Shown: in pieces, positions 31,207-40,381 of the stretch
How positions within the stretch are numbered: position 1 is the first letter of the stretch
Layout of the letters: every line of letters starts with the position of its first letter
Origin: Minisyncoccia bacterium
GTDB lineage: Bacteria; Patescibacteriota; Minisyncoccia; Phycocordibacterales; UBA918
Direction: 5' to 3'
Assembly (NCBI GenBank): GCA_046293175.1
Contig: JBKBPM010000001.1
Coordinates: forward strand, 235,446 to 299,445
DNA: 64,000 nucleotides
Program-made: the position numbers and the translations under genes
The notes under the pieces: generated by a model
Told to the model about the DNA's origin: nothing
The model's input: the letters and a program-made list of their open reading frames with translations, nothing else
The model's database searches: none

Positions 31207-31905
31207 ATGGCAAAATATTTGCAGGTAGCTTCAATTATCGGTGTTTCACTCCTCTTGGTTTTTGGGCTCGCGTACTGGGCGTCAATGGACAAGGTACCGG
31301 AGCTGGAACTGATCACTGAGCCTGATACACCAGCCATTACTGCGCCACTCTCACCTAGCGAGTTGAATGTTACTAACCCTGATAATATCAATACTATGAA
31401 CCCTGTAGCTGTACTTGAAACGAATAAAGGCACTATTGAAATAGAACTCTACAAAGACACCATGCCTATTACCGCAGGTAACTTTGAGAAGCTTGTTAAG
31501 GAAGGTTATTATGACGGTATTAAGTTCCATCGAGTCATTGACGGCTTTATGATTCAAGGGGGCGATCCGCTTACGAAGGATGATAGTCAGATGGCTCGTT
31601 GGGGTACTGGTGGTCCAGGCTACGCGATTCCTGACGAACATATCGCTGGTCCACTCCTCAGTAATGTCCGCGGCACCATCTCAATGGCGAACGCCGGACC
31701 AAACTCAGGTGGTAGTCAATTCTTCATCAATCTCGTTGACAACACTGGTCTCGATTTTGATAAGCAACCACTTTCATCAAAGCACCCAGTTTTTGGTCGC
31801 GTGATAAAGGGTATGGAGGTGGTTGATGCAATTGGTGGAGTCGCGGTGGGGGCAGGGGATCGACCGGTTGAACCAGTAATCATCACTAAAGCCACCATCC
31901 GCTAG
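31207..31905 (+). CDS. Membrane-anchored cyclophilin-type PPIase
   Basis: FHRVIDGFMIQGGDP, SMANAGPNSGGSQFFI. Confidence 0.95.
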   Translation: MAKYLQVASIIGVSLLLVFGLAYWASMDKVPELELITEPDTPAITAPLSPSELNVTNPDNINTMNPVAVLETNKGTIEIELYKDTMPITAGNFEKLVKEGYYDGIKFHRVIDGFMIQGGDPLTKDDSQMARWGTGGPGYAIPDEHIAGPLLSNVRGTISMANAGPNSGGSQFFINLVDNTGLDFDKQPLSSKHPVFGRVIKGMEVVDAIGGVAVGAGDRPVEPVIITKATIR

Positions 31906-32027
31906 AAACAATCAACTAGCCTAATCTGCGGCGTTGGCTTCGTCCTTCAAACCTTCAATGTATATCTAATACACCTTAGGTTTTCAGTCCTTGCCGCCTT
32001 GCATCTCAGGCCATTTGCTTGCTTCTA
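31903..32027. repeat. ERIC-like imperfect palindrome, copy C (125 bp)
   Basis: TAGAAACAA...TTGCTTCTA ends; GCGTTGGCT and CTTGCCGCCTT motifs; starts at the PPIase TAG. Confidence 0.8.
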
Positions 32028-32091
32028 GAATAGAATTACCATAAAGCAAAACCGGCGCCCTTGGGCGCCGGTTTTGTGTGTGGAGAGTGAA

Positions 32092-32370
32092 TTATGCAGC
32101 GACTACATCAACTGCCTTCTTCTGGACGAGCTGTCCATCAAAGCGAGTTTTGCGTATGTTGCGGAAAGCCACAACACCATCTACCATCGCAAAGATAGTG
32201 TGATCCTTACCCATCTTCACATTCTTCCCAGCTTCAATTTTACTACCGCGCTGACGAATAATAATCTGACCAGTCTTAACGACTTGTCCGTCAGTACGCT
32301 TGACCCCCAGATACTTTGGCTGAGAGTCCTTCAGGTTTTTGGCCGAACCGGCCGATTTCTTTGTTGCCAT
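32092..32370 (-). CDS. rpmA: 50S ribosomal protein L27
   Basis: [23 protein letters not shown]. Confidence 0.97.
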   Translation of the reverse strand: MATKKSAGSAKNLKDSQPKYLGVKRTDGQVVKTGQIIIRQRGSKIEAGKNVKMGKDHTIFAMVDGVVAFRNIRKTRFDGQLVQKKAVDVVAA

Positions 32371-32394
32371 AGGTTATACTAAATATGTCTGCTG

Positions 32395-32556
32395 CATACC
32401 ATCCCTAATTAACCATTTCACGCACCAAGGAATCTTTTAGCTACAAAACTTCGCTTCGTCTTCACTATATATCTCGATATGACTCAGACTCCAGCTTGTT
32501 TTTCGCACAAAACCTTCCTTAGCGTCACGGTGAAAGCGTTACTCAGGGATGGTATG
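32395..32556. repeat. Longer palindrome related to the ERIC-like family, copy G
   Basis: cataccatccct...agggatggtatg ends; TCAC-TATAT-loop-ATAT-GACTC core. Confidence 0.65.
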
Positions 32557-32584
32557 AATTCGTAACCCGTGGAGTATACGACAT

Positions 32585-32965
32585 ATGTTAGAAAAACTCA
32601 AGCGTTTCCTCGCTGATGACACTATATTTACAGGTACGCTTTTATGTGTTATAGCGGTAACCGCCTTCTTTTTGGGGCGCTATTCAGTTGCTGAGATAGC
32701 TCCTCGGACACCGGCTTTGATGCTTGAAGCGACGGCTCTGCTACCAATTGCGACCACTACGGCGGTAGCAAGCACTACACCACCCCCTGTATCCCTAACC
32801 GCAGAGACTGCCAAATATGTAGGTTCAAAGTCTGGTACGAAGTACCATCTTATGACTTGTGCTGGTGCAAAGCGTATAAAAGAAGAGAACAAGGTATTTT
32901 TTGCCACGGCGGCCGAGGCTGAGGCGGCGGGGTATACACCCGCCGCCAATTGCCCCGGTTTATGA
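32585..32965 (+). CDS. Membrane protein with Ada-like metal-binding C-terminal domain
   Basis: YVGSKSGTKYH..C, AEAAGYTPAANC. Confidence 0.8.
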   Translation: MLEKLKRFLADDTIFTGTLLCVIAVTAFFLGRYSVAEIAPRTPALMLEATALLPIATTTAVASTTPPPVSLTAETAKYVGSKSGTKYHLMTCAGAKRIKEENKVFFATAAEAEAAGYTPAANCPGL

Positions 32966-33091
32966 GGTCTGCCCAAAAAGCCTTCATACGTTGTTGCGCA
33001 TCAATCAGAAACATTCAACGTATAACCACATACGTCTCATATTTCTTCATTCGCGCGCCTAGTCTGAAGTCTTTTTGAAAACAGACTTATA
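32961..33091. repeat. ERIC-like imperfect palindrome, copy E
   Basis: TATGAGGTCTG...CAGACTTATA ends; TTGTTGCGC...TCAA-CGTAT-loop-ATACG-TCTC...GCGCGCCT. Confidence 0.8.
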
Positions 33092-33165
33092 GAATTCGCA
33101 GTGCCCACACCATGCTCAATTGGAGACATATTATGAGGCAGAGGTCTAGTATAATAGAAGCTACT

Positions 33166-33978
33166 ATGTATTTTTTACGGTTACTCGGTCGGGCGTTTGT
33201 CTTGTGGTTTAGTCGTGGGGCAGATGAGTCAGCAGCAGCTCTCGCGTACTTCATGCCGTTTGCGCTTACACCACTTATCATCCTCTCCGTCTCGATTGTA
33301 GGGCTCATGTATGGAGCGGAGCGAATCACGAATATGCTTATACGGTGGGGGAACTCAATTGATCCCGGAGTGACCGACTTAATTTATAGTTCAGTGACGA
33401 ACTTTGATAGTGTGACGACACATTACTATTGGCCGATTATAGGTCTTGTATTCTTGTTAATCATGATTTACATCACTCTTAATAGTCTCATCATCGGTTT
33501 TCATAAGTTATGGGAAATTGAGCGGCATGGTTGGCGAAGTTATCTTTCTCGACTGTGGCGTATTTCACTCTTCATTTGTGTCTTTCAATGTTATTTGGTG
33601 GCGATTATTTTATTGGAAGATATATTCTCTTTCACCGCCACTGTCTTTGGCTCAAGTGCCTGGCCACTCATTAACTTCTTTGCAAGTTTTCTTCTCACCA
33701 TGTTCTTACTCACCATTGCCTATGGTCTTTTAGCCTTTCGAGCACCATCTTTCTCTGGACGGTTTATGGGGGCCGCTGTCGCAGGTCTATTTCTCCTGTT
33801 TAGTCGTGGGCTTGTCGCATTCCATTTTGCGACCGCTCCAGTCCAAACTCTCTTTGGCGCGGCAGGACTTCTCATTACACTCCTTGTCTGGGTGTACGTG
33901 GTTGCGAGTATCATTCTCTACGGCGCGGCCTTCGCTCGAGTCTACGACGAAGCCCGCGGCCAGTGGCCTACCAGTTAA
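33166..33978 (+). CDS. YihY/BrkB family membrane protein
   Basis: AAALAYF..FALTP, LLVWVY...ILYGA. Confidence 0.88.
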   Translation: MYFLRLLGRAFVLWFSRGADESAAALAYFMPFALTPLIILSVSIVGLMYGAERITNMLIRWGNSIDPGVTDLIYSSVTNFDSVTTHYYWPIIGLVFLLIMIYITLNSLIIGFHKLWEIERHGWRSYLSRLWRISLFICVFQCYLVAIILLEDIFSFTATVFGSSAWPLINFFASFLLTMFLLTIAYGLLAFRAPSFSGRFMGAAVAGLFLLFSRGLVAFHFATAPVQTLFGAAGLLITLLVWVYVVASIILYGAAFARVYDEARGQWPTS

Positions 33979-34627
33979 TTGGTGTTCGTCCAATTTCCTC
34001 TAAATAGGCATTGGCTTTGGAAAAATGCTGACAGCCAAAGAACCCGCGGTGGGCGGAGAGGGGAGAAGGATGTGGGGCGGTGAGTACGAGATGTTTTGTT
34101 TCATTAATGAGGCGACGTTTAGCAATCGCAAAGGCTCCCCAGAGCAAAAAGACTACTTGGGTTTGTTCGCGCGAGATAGTCGCAATCACTTCGTCCGTAA
34201 AGGTTTCCCAGCCAAAGGTCTGGTGCGCGCCGGCTTCGCCAGCGCGCACGGTAAGCGTGCTGTTAAGGAGGAGGACGCCCTGTGTCGCCCAGTCGGAGAG
34301 ATCGCCCGTTGTGCGATTGACTCCCACGTCGCTCTCGAGTTCCTTATAGATGTTTTGTAGTGACGGTGGCAGGGCCGTACCGTCTTCTACCGAGAAGGCC
34401 AGTCCATTGGCCTGATGTGGTCCATGATAGGGATCTTGACCAACTATCACTACTTTGACTGCAGGGAGTGGCGTGAGGTCAAACGCCCGAAAAACATTTT
34501 TTGGATGGGGGTAGATGGTTTCGGTTTCGTAGGCAAAGCGCACTGATTCGGTGAGCCGTTTGAAATACGGCTTTTCAAATTCGGCGGCGAGTGCCGCCCG
34601 CCACGAATCTTCGATGCGTACGACCAT
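33968..34627 (-). CDS. ung: Uracil-DNA glycosylase family 1
   Basis: GQDPYH, GVLLLN, HPSPLS. Confidence 0.97.
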   Translation of the reverse strand: MVVRIEDSWRAALAAEFEKPYFKRLTESVRFAYETETIYPHPKNVFRAFDLTPLPAVKVVIVGQDPYHGPHQANGLAFSVEDGTALPPSLQNIYKELESDVGVNRTTGDLSDWATQGVLLLNSTLTVRAGEAGAHQTFGWETFTDEVIATISREQTQVVFLLWGAFAIAKRRLINETKHLVLTAPHPSPLSAHRGFFGCQHFSKANAYLEEIGRTPINW

Positions 34628-34696
34628 ATACCATAGTATACAAACAAAAACAACAAACGCCACCAGAGGCGGCGATTGTGCTGCTACTGGTGGCGT

Positions 34697-35110
34697 TTAG
34701 GTGAGTAGTGACCGAAGATAGTGCTTTGTCCACCAATCTGTGCAGAGATGGAGGGCGTCGTGGACACTGCTCCAGCAATGGGTGGCAGCCGGTGATTCGA
34801 GCACGATAGTGCCACCTTCATACACCCCCCTAAACATGTAGTGCTCCCAGAACACATGTGGATCATGGGGGATGGCGCGCTTTTTATACCGCACAAACTT
34901 CAGTTGAGTCTGGAGTCTGGTTTCTTCTCGTAATTCACGCAGCGCTGCTTGCCTGATGGTTTCGTGCGGATCTACCTTGCCACCAGGTAGTTCCCAGCTG
35001 AAGCTGTTGTTGCGGTCGGTTTCGATGAGCAAGATATGCAGGTCTTCTGGACGGCGGAGATCAATCCTTGCCGTCCGTCCTTTAATAAAGTCGGTGGGCA
35101 TGGTTTGCAC
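34697..35110 (-). CDS. NUDIX hydrolase
   Basis: PGGKVDPHETIRQAALRELREET Nudix box. Confidence 0.9.
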   Translation of the reverse strand: MQTMPTDFIKGRTARIDLRRPEDLHILLIETDRNNSFSWELPGGKVDPHETIRQAALRELREETRLQTQLKFVRYKKRAIPHDPHVFWEHYMFRGVYEGGTIVLESPAATHCWSSVHDALHLCTDWWTKHYLRSLLT

Positions 35111-35172
35111 TCCTTTCTATCTCTACTATAGCATGATGGAGCTACCTGTACAGACTATGGCATAATACTCGT

Positions 35173-35763
35173 ATGATAGTTATCGATATAGAAGCTTCGG
35201 GCACAGAATATCAACTGCACTCGATTGTCTCACTTGGAGCGATTGATATGAGTAATCCAAAGCGGCAGTTTTATGTCGAGTGTCGCGTCTGGGATGGGGC
35301 ACATATTATGGAGGAGGCGCTTGCGGTCAATGGCTTTACGGAAGCACAAATCACCGACGCCACCAAAATGAGCGAAGCTGAGCTCGTGCGTGAGTTTATG
35401 GAGTGGACGCAGATGTGCAGTGATCGAACATTGGTCGGACAAAATGTCTCCTTTGATCGCGATATGCTCAAGGCGGCCGTGATTCGAGCGGGGGAGAATT
35501 GGACCTTGCCATACCGCACGCTTGATACCCATACCATGTGTTACATGCATATGGTGAAGGCGGGGATTATGCCACCATTTGACGCTGAACATAAGCGCAC
35601 CGCACTCAATCTCGATGCAGTTCTCAACTACTGTGGCATCCCCGAAGAACCAGATCCCCACAATGCGCTTACCGGAGCAAAGTGTCATGCGGAGGTGGCG
35701 GCGAGACTCCTATACAATCGGCCACTTCTCCCCGAGTTTGCTTCGTATCCTATCCCGTGGTGA
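35173..35763 (+). CDS. DEDDh 3'-5' exonuclease
   Basis: DIE, QNVSFD, LDT, HNALTGA. Confidence 0.88.
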   Translation: MIVIDIEASGTEYQLHSIVSLGAIDMSNPKRQFYVECRVWDGAHIMEEALAVNGFTEAQITDATKMSEAELVREFMEWTQMCSDRTLVGQNVSFDRDMLKAAVIRAGENWTLPYRTLDTHTMCYMHMVKAGIMPPFDAEHKRTALNLDAVLNYCGIPEEPDPHNALTGAKCHAEVAARLLYNRPLLPEFASYPIPW

Positions 35764-35790
35764 TGAGCCTGCGTGCTACAATACACGCAT

Positions 35791-36549
35791 ATGGTTCGAA
35801 AAGTTCTTGGTTTGACACGTAAGAAAAAAGAAGATAAAGCAGCAAAAAATTTACCACACTGCCGCGTCGTTACTGATTTACTCGACCCAAAAGGAACCGA
35901 TGGGGACGCTATTCAGTCATGGCGCGTCTTTCGGATTATGTCCGAGTTTGTTTCGGGCTTTGAACTACTCCGCAATCACGGTCTGGCAGTAACATTCTGG
36001 GGAAGTGCTCGTCTCTCACCAAACGATCCGTACTACAAGATGGCCGAAGAGCTTGCGGCCCGTCTAGCAAAGAAAGGTTTCTCTGTCATCTCTGGTGGTG
36101 GACCCGGTATTATGGAAGCCTCAAACGTTGGTGCGTTTAAGGTCGGTGGCAAATCAGTAGGTCTTAATATTCAGCTTCCGTTTGAACAGAAGCTTAATCC
36201 GTACACGACCGAGTCACTGAACTTTGACTTCTTTTTCTCACGCAAAGTGATGCTAACCTTTGCCTCTGAAGCCTATGTGTACTTCCCAGGCGGGTACGGT
36301 ACCCTAGATGAGTTTTTTGAAATCATCACGTTGATCCAAACCAAGAAAATTGAAAAAATCCCGGTTGTATTGATAGGAAGCGATTTTTGGAACCCGCTTA
36401 TTGCTTGGTTTGAAAAAGAACTCATGAAAAAGTTCAAGACTATTAGTAAAGAAGATCTTGATATCTTTAAAGTGTTTGACGATATCAAAGAGGCGGAAAA
36501 GTATATTTTGAAAAATGTTGATTGTAATGTTAACTACAACCAACGCTAG
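35791..36549 (+). CDS. LOG-family (TIGR00730-like) nucleotide phosphoribohydrolase
   Basis: SGGGPGIMEA, RK, PGGYGTLDE. Confidence 0.92.
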   Translation: MVRKVLGLTRKKKEDKAAKNLPHCRVVTDLLDPKGTDGDAIQSWRVFRIMSEFVSGFELLRNHGLAVTFWGSARLSPNDPYYKMAEELAARLAKKGFSVISGGGPGIMEASNVGAFKVGGKSVGLNIQLPFEQKLNPYTTESLNFDFFFSRKVMLTFASEAYVYFPGGYGTLDEFFEIITLIQTKKIEKIPVVLIGSDFWNPLIAWFEKELMKKFKTISKEDLDIFKVFDDIKEAEKYILKNVDCNVNYNQR

Positions 36550-36552
36550 ATT

Positions 36553-37398
36553 ATGACTTTTGTTGTATTTGATATAGGTGGAACCAAAACACGCATTGGC
36601 TTTTCTGCTGATGGTAAGAAGCTTGATACAGTGAAGTCATTTAAAACGGATCCTAAGCCTGAGCAGGGTCTCGCAGAGGTGGTCTCCGTTATAAAAGAGT
36701 GTGGAGGTGCCGTTACCGCTATTGCCGGTGGGGTGCGTGGCGTACTCCGTGAAGATCGTCTTGGCATTGACCATGATGGTATTTTGACTAAGTGGGCGAA
36801 TGTGTCGATTGTCGATTTCCTCGCGGGTGAGTTTATGGTACCAGTATTCCTTGAAAACGATACTGCGCTTGCTGGCCTCGGTGAAGCGATATATGGTGCG
36901 GGGAAGGGAGTTGGGCTTGTGGTCTACCACACAGTAAGTACCGGTGTTGGTGGGGTGCGGATTGAAAACGGCGTCATCGATATGGCTAGTATCGGCTTTG
37001 AGCCCGGGCATCAAGTACTTGATATCGACCGCACTATCCTCGGTGAAGATGTTCCGCCAACCCTGGAGAACCTTGTTTCTGGACGGGCGGTTGAAGGGCG
37101 TATGGGGGTAAAACCGTACGAAATTGCCCAAGATGACGTGATTTGGGATGAACTAGCCGGCTATTTGGCTCAGGGTTTGCGTAACACCGTTCTCTATTGG
37201 TCTCCTGAAGCCATCATCCTTGGGGGGTCCATGATGGTAGGGGATCCTAGAATCCCCCTTGATTCAGTACGTCGCGCGACGGTAGCCGTTCTTGATGGGG
37301 TGATGCCGTGCCCCTTCATCACTACTGCTGAATTAGGAGATGAAGCGGGTGTGCACGGCGCTTTGGCCTTTTTACAACAAAAAATGCGGTCTCTATAG
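36553..37398 (+). CDS. ROK family sugar kinase
   Basis: DIGGTK, END, STGVGG, EPGH. Confidence 0.9.
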   Translation: MTFVVFDIGGTKTRIGFSADGKKLDTVKSFKTDPKPEQGLAEVVSVIKECGGAVTAIAGGVRGVLREDRLGIDHDGILTKWANVSIVDFLAGEFMVPVFLENDTALAGLGEAIYGAGKGVGLVVYHTVSTGVGGVRIENGVIDMASIGFEPGHQVLDIDRTILGEDVPPTLENLVSGRAVEGRMGVKPYEIAQDDVIWDELAGYLAQGLRNTVLYWSPEAIILGGSMMVGDPRIPLDSVRRATVAVLDGVMPCPFITTAELGDEAGVHGALAFLQQKMRSL

Positions 37399-37530
37399 GA
37401 CCGCTTGGAAGCATGTGAGCTGCTCCACCTATGCACGCTAAGAAATCCGTACGCCCATACGAGGGAGCGCCTAGGACTTGATTGGTTGGTAGCACCACAC
37501 ATGCACTTGTGTTGCGTCCAATCAGAACTA
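37379..37530 (-). ncRNA. Candidate ~150-nt structured small RNA (unassigned; 6S-like features)
   Basis: TTGACT-N16-TATAAT at 37564-37537, long irregular hairpin, terminator GCGGTC/GACCGC plus U6; no long ORF. Confidence 0.65.
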
Positions 37531-37653
37531 TTTTAAATTATACATATATACTAGGAAAAGTCAAATAATGGTGCGTTACTTAAGTATACACAAAAAATGG
37601 CTCAATAGAGCCATTTTTTGTCCTTTGTTTGAGTCAAAAACTAGCCAATTTCA

Positions 37654-37745
37654 TTGACAGTAAGTCCAAAATGTGCTATTATGCTAGAAATCCGCAAAAG
37701 TCTGTTACGATTGTGCGGTTACCGGATTTGGGCGGTCCCCGCCGG
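37654..37745 (+). promoter_or_regulatory. Sigma70-type promoter and structured 5' leader
   Basis: TTGACA-N17-TATTAT, then hairpins aaatccg/cggattt and ggcgg/ccgcc. Confidence 0.55.
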
Positions 37746-37833
37746 TATTATCCATTAAGACAATTGGCTTATTATATCGACTATCGTCCTGGCTGTCATT
37801 GCCGCTTCTACCGCATTTTCGGTACCGGAAACC

Positions 37834-38262
37834 ATGGCCTACGGACAAATCACGACCACCGAAAGTGAAGTAAGTACATTGACTGTTGAGGCAAAATCAG
37901 CTGCTCCAGCAAATAAAAAGGTGGCTTACGCCCCTGAAGCTGCAGCTGTCGGTGATACCGAAGCCGTCGTACGTGCCTACTTTGCAGACGTACCGGTTAT
38001 GATTCAGATAGCCCGCTGTGAGTCACATTTTCGTCACTATCTAGCTGACGGAACCGTCCTTAAGGGACGCGTAGACGGCGCCGATACCGGAGTAATGCAA
38101 ATCAACAAGCGTTACCACGAGAAGGCTGCCGCTGCGATGGGTCTTAATCTCGATGATATTCACGGCAACATGGCCTATGCCCGCCATCTCTATGAGACGC
38201 AGGGTACACGACCATGGAACGCGTCGGCTCCTTGTTGGGCGAAGACGCTTGCCATGAATTAG
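37834..38262 (+). CDS. Secreted lytic transglycosylase-like protein
   Basis: IARCES, GVMQIN, GTRPW; the true start is probably upstream (unannotated signal peptide). Confidence 0.8.
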   Translation: MAYGQITTTESEVSTLTVEAKSAAPANKKVAYAPEAAAVGDTEAVVRAYFADVPVMIQIARCESHFRHYLADGTVLKGRVDGADTGVMQINKRYHEKAAAAMGLNLDDIHGNMAYARHLYETQGTRPWNASAPCWAKTLAMN

Positions 38263-38388
38263 GTCGTAGTCAAAAAATCTTCGATTGACTTTGTTGCACT
38301 TTGTTCGCAATGACTCGCCGTACTACCAAGTACGTGTCGTCTTTGCTCACTCGTGCGCCTCGTCACTCAAATTTTTTTGACCACGCCA
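38260..38388. repeat. ERIC-like imperfect palindrome, copy D
   Basis: Begins at TAG; caaaaaat/atttttttg arms; TTTGTTGCAC...CGTAC-loop-GTACG...GTGCGCCTC. Confidence 0.8.
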
Positions 38389-38586
38389 GTCTCCACTATC
38401 GAGATCAAGCGAAAGCAAAAACAAAACACCCCTCTAGGGGGTTTTTGTTTTCTTTGTATTTTTAATAATCAATTAAATTGATTCAGATTCGAGACGTCGA
38501 GGAATAAATTGGTGGGACGTACTTTTTTTGCTACGTTGAATCAATTTATGACGATGACAACAAAGAAGATGAGTTAATATAATTGA

Positions 38587-38988
38587 TTATTTGATCTTCC
38601 AACCGGTTCCTGCACCATATGCCATCACATACAAGAGACCACCAATAATGGCGAGGTTCTTTAAGGTGGCAATATCGTTCATTGGCTGGCTCCAGTCACG
38701 GTGTCCGAAGTAGGTAGCACCGAGGGTGAAGAGGATAAGCGCCAGAGCAGCATGTTCAACTTTGTAGCCAAGGACAAGCGCGAGACCACCACCGAGCTTT
38801 ACGGCAAGCACTACCCAGTAGGCAAGAGCGGCCATTGGCACACCAACTGAAGCGTAGAATGCCGTTGTGCTTTCAGCTCCTCCTGTAAGCATACCGTACC
38901 CGGTATAGAGGAAGAGGAGACCAATAAGGGTGCGTCCAACTAAGATTCCATTACTTTGTAACGTCTTTCGTTGTGAATCATTTATCAT
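38587..38988 (-). CDS. DoxX family membrane protein
   Basis: GRTLIGLLF, KNLAIIGGLL. Confidence 0.9.
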   Translation of the reverse strand: MINDSQRKTLQSNGILVGRTLIGLLFLYTGYGMLTGGAESTTAFYASVGVPMAALAYWVVLAVKLGGGLALVLGYKVEHAALALILFTLGATYFGHRDWSQPMNDIATLKNLAIIGGLLYVMAYGAGTGWKIK

Positions 38989-39096
38989 AATCGATAAAAT
39001 TTTAATTCTTTGTATAAATATTTGATGTCTCTTGTATCGCGTTGTACAAGGAGCGAGACAGTAGACGATAACTTGTTCCTTCTATAGTATACACCT

Positions 39097-39570
39097 ATGG
39101 CAAAACGCTATTGGCTCATGAAGAGCGAACCCAGTGAATTTAGTATCGATGATCTTGAACGGAAAGGGGAGTCCCTCTGGGATGGGATTCGCAATTACCA
39201 GGTGCGGAACCTCATTCGCGATACTATCAAGGTAGGGGACAAGGCGCTCTTTTATCACTCGTCGTGTAAGGAGGTAGGGGTAGCGGGGGAGATGGAGATT
39301 GTGGGCAGCCCAGTTCCAGATCCGACCCAGTTTGACCCACAAAGCCACTATTACGACCCAAAGTCGCCCATGGACAACCCGCGCTGGCTTGCTCTCCCGG
39401 TACGGCACGTAGCTACCTGGGGCAGGGTAGTGCCACTAGCAGAGCTACGCGCCACCCCAGCCCTTAAGAATATGACAATACTCAAAGCCGGGAACAGGCT
39501 TTCGATTACTGAGGTAACAAAGGAGGAGTACGATGCGATTTGTACTATTTATGAATATATCAAAAAATAA
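39097..39570 (+). CDS. EVE domain protein
   Basis: YWLMKSEP, WDGIRNYQ, FYHS, RLSI. Confidence 0.95.
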   Translation: MAKRYWLMKSEPSEFSIDDLERKGESLWDGIRNYQVRNLIRDTIKVGDKALFYHSSCKEVGVAGEMEIVGSPVPDPTQFDPQSHYYDPKSPMDNPRWLALPVRHVATWGRVVPLAELRATPALKNMTILKAGNRLSITEVTKEEYDAICTIYEYIKK

Positions 39571-39804
39571 CTTCTCATACTCCAGACTCAATTTTAGATT
39601 CTCTTCGGGAGGGTGAAAAATCGATTTTTAGCCAATTAATATACGAGGTGAGCCCACAGATATTAGCAATACACGGAGTCACATATTTTCGAGTGAAACA
39701 AGAAAATTAAAGAACCGCACCATATCTCACTAATAGTTTCTATATTGACAATCCTGTAATTACTGTCATTATTGTAACTAAATCTGAATAAAACGAAGTC
39801 TTTG

Positions 39805-40330
39805 ATGAAGCTGTACCATATCATACCTAAAGGTGGGGTAGTGGGGGACAAGCTTCTGCTGCTCGCCACACTCCGAGATGAATATCCGGGAGTCTACGCC
39901 AAAGCCATAGAGAAGTACTAAGGCAGGGAAGAGGTGCCACAAAACTTCATACCTCTGCTCGACTGCCCCTGGTAAGAATGTCATCTTCCTCAGCCCGGTG
40001 CATCTACAAGTGCTCCATGGCGTGTGCTGTATCCTGTGGGCACAGTGGATTGATTGGCAAAGAGGCGTATGTGATTGATCCGAGAAGCCTGCGGTCGGAC
40101 CGTTTAGTCACCTATGACTACGCTGATGGTGGGAGCTACAGCTTTTACGATGTCGAAGACTACCTTCGCCTTCGCCATGCGCGTATCAGTGCCGTGACCC
40201 GCAACTACTACCGGAACGCTGTCGATGCAGGGAAGCGGCCATTTCTCTTTCATTGCATTACGCATGTCATGTACCAAATGCGAAATTTCCGTAGAAGGGC
40301 TGTCAACAGTACAAGTGCGCGCTTAGAAGC
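39805..40330 (+). pseudogene. Degraded hypothetical gene
   Basis: MKLYHIIPKG...KY*GREE..IPLLDCPW* with in-frame stops and a frameshift into the 39978 ORF. Confidence 0.6.
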
Positions 40331-40381
40331 ACTCAAAATATACGCCCCAGTCAATGAAATAACCGGGTTTCGTATACCAAA

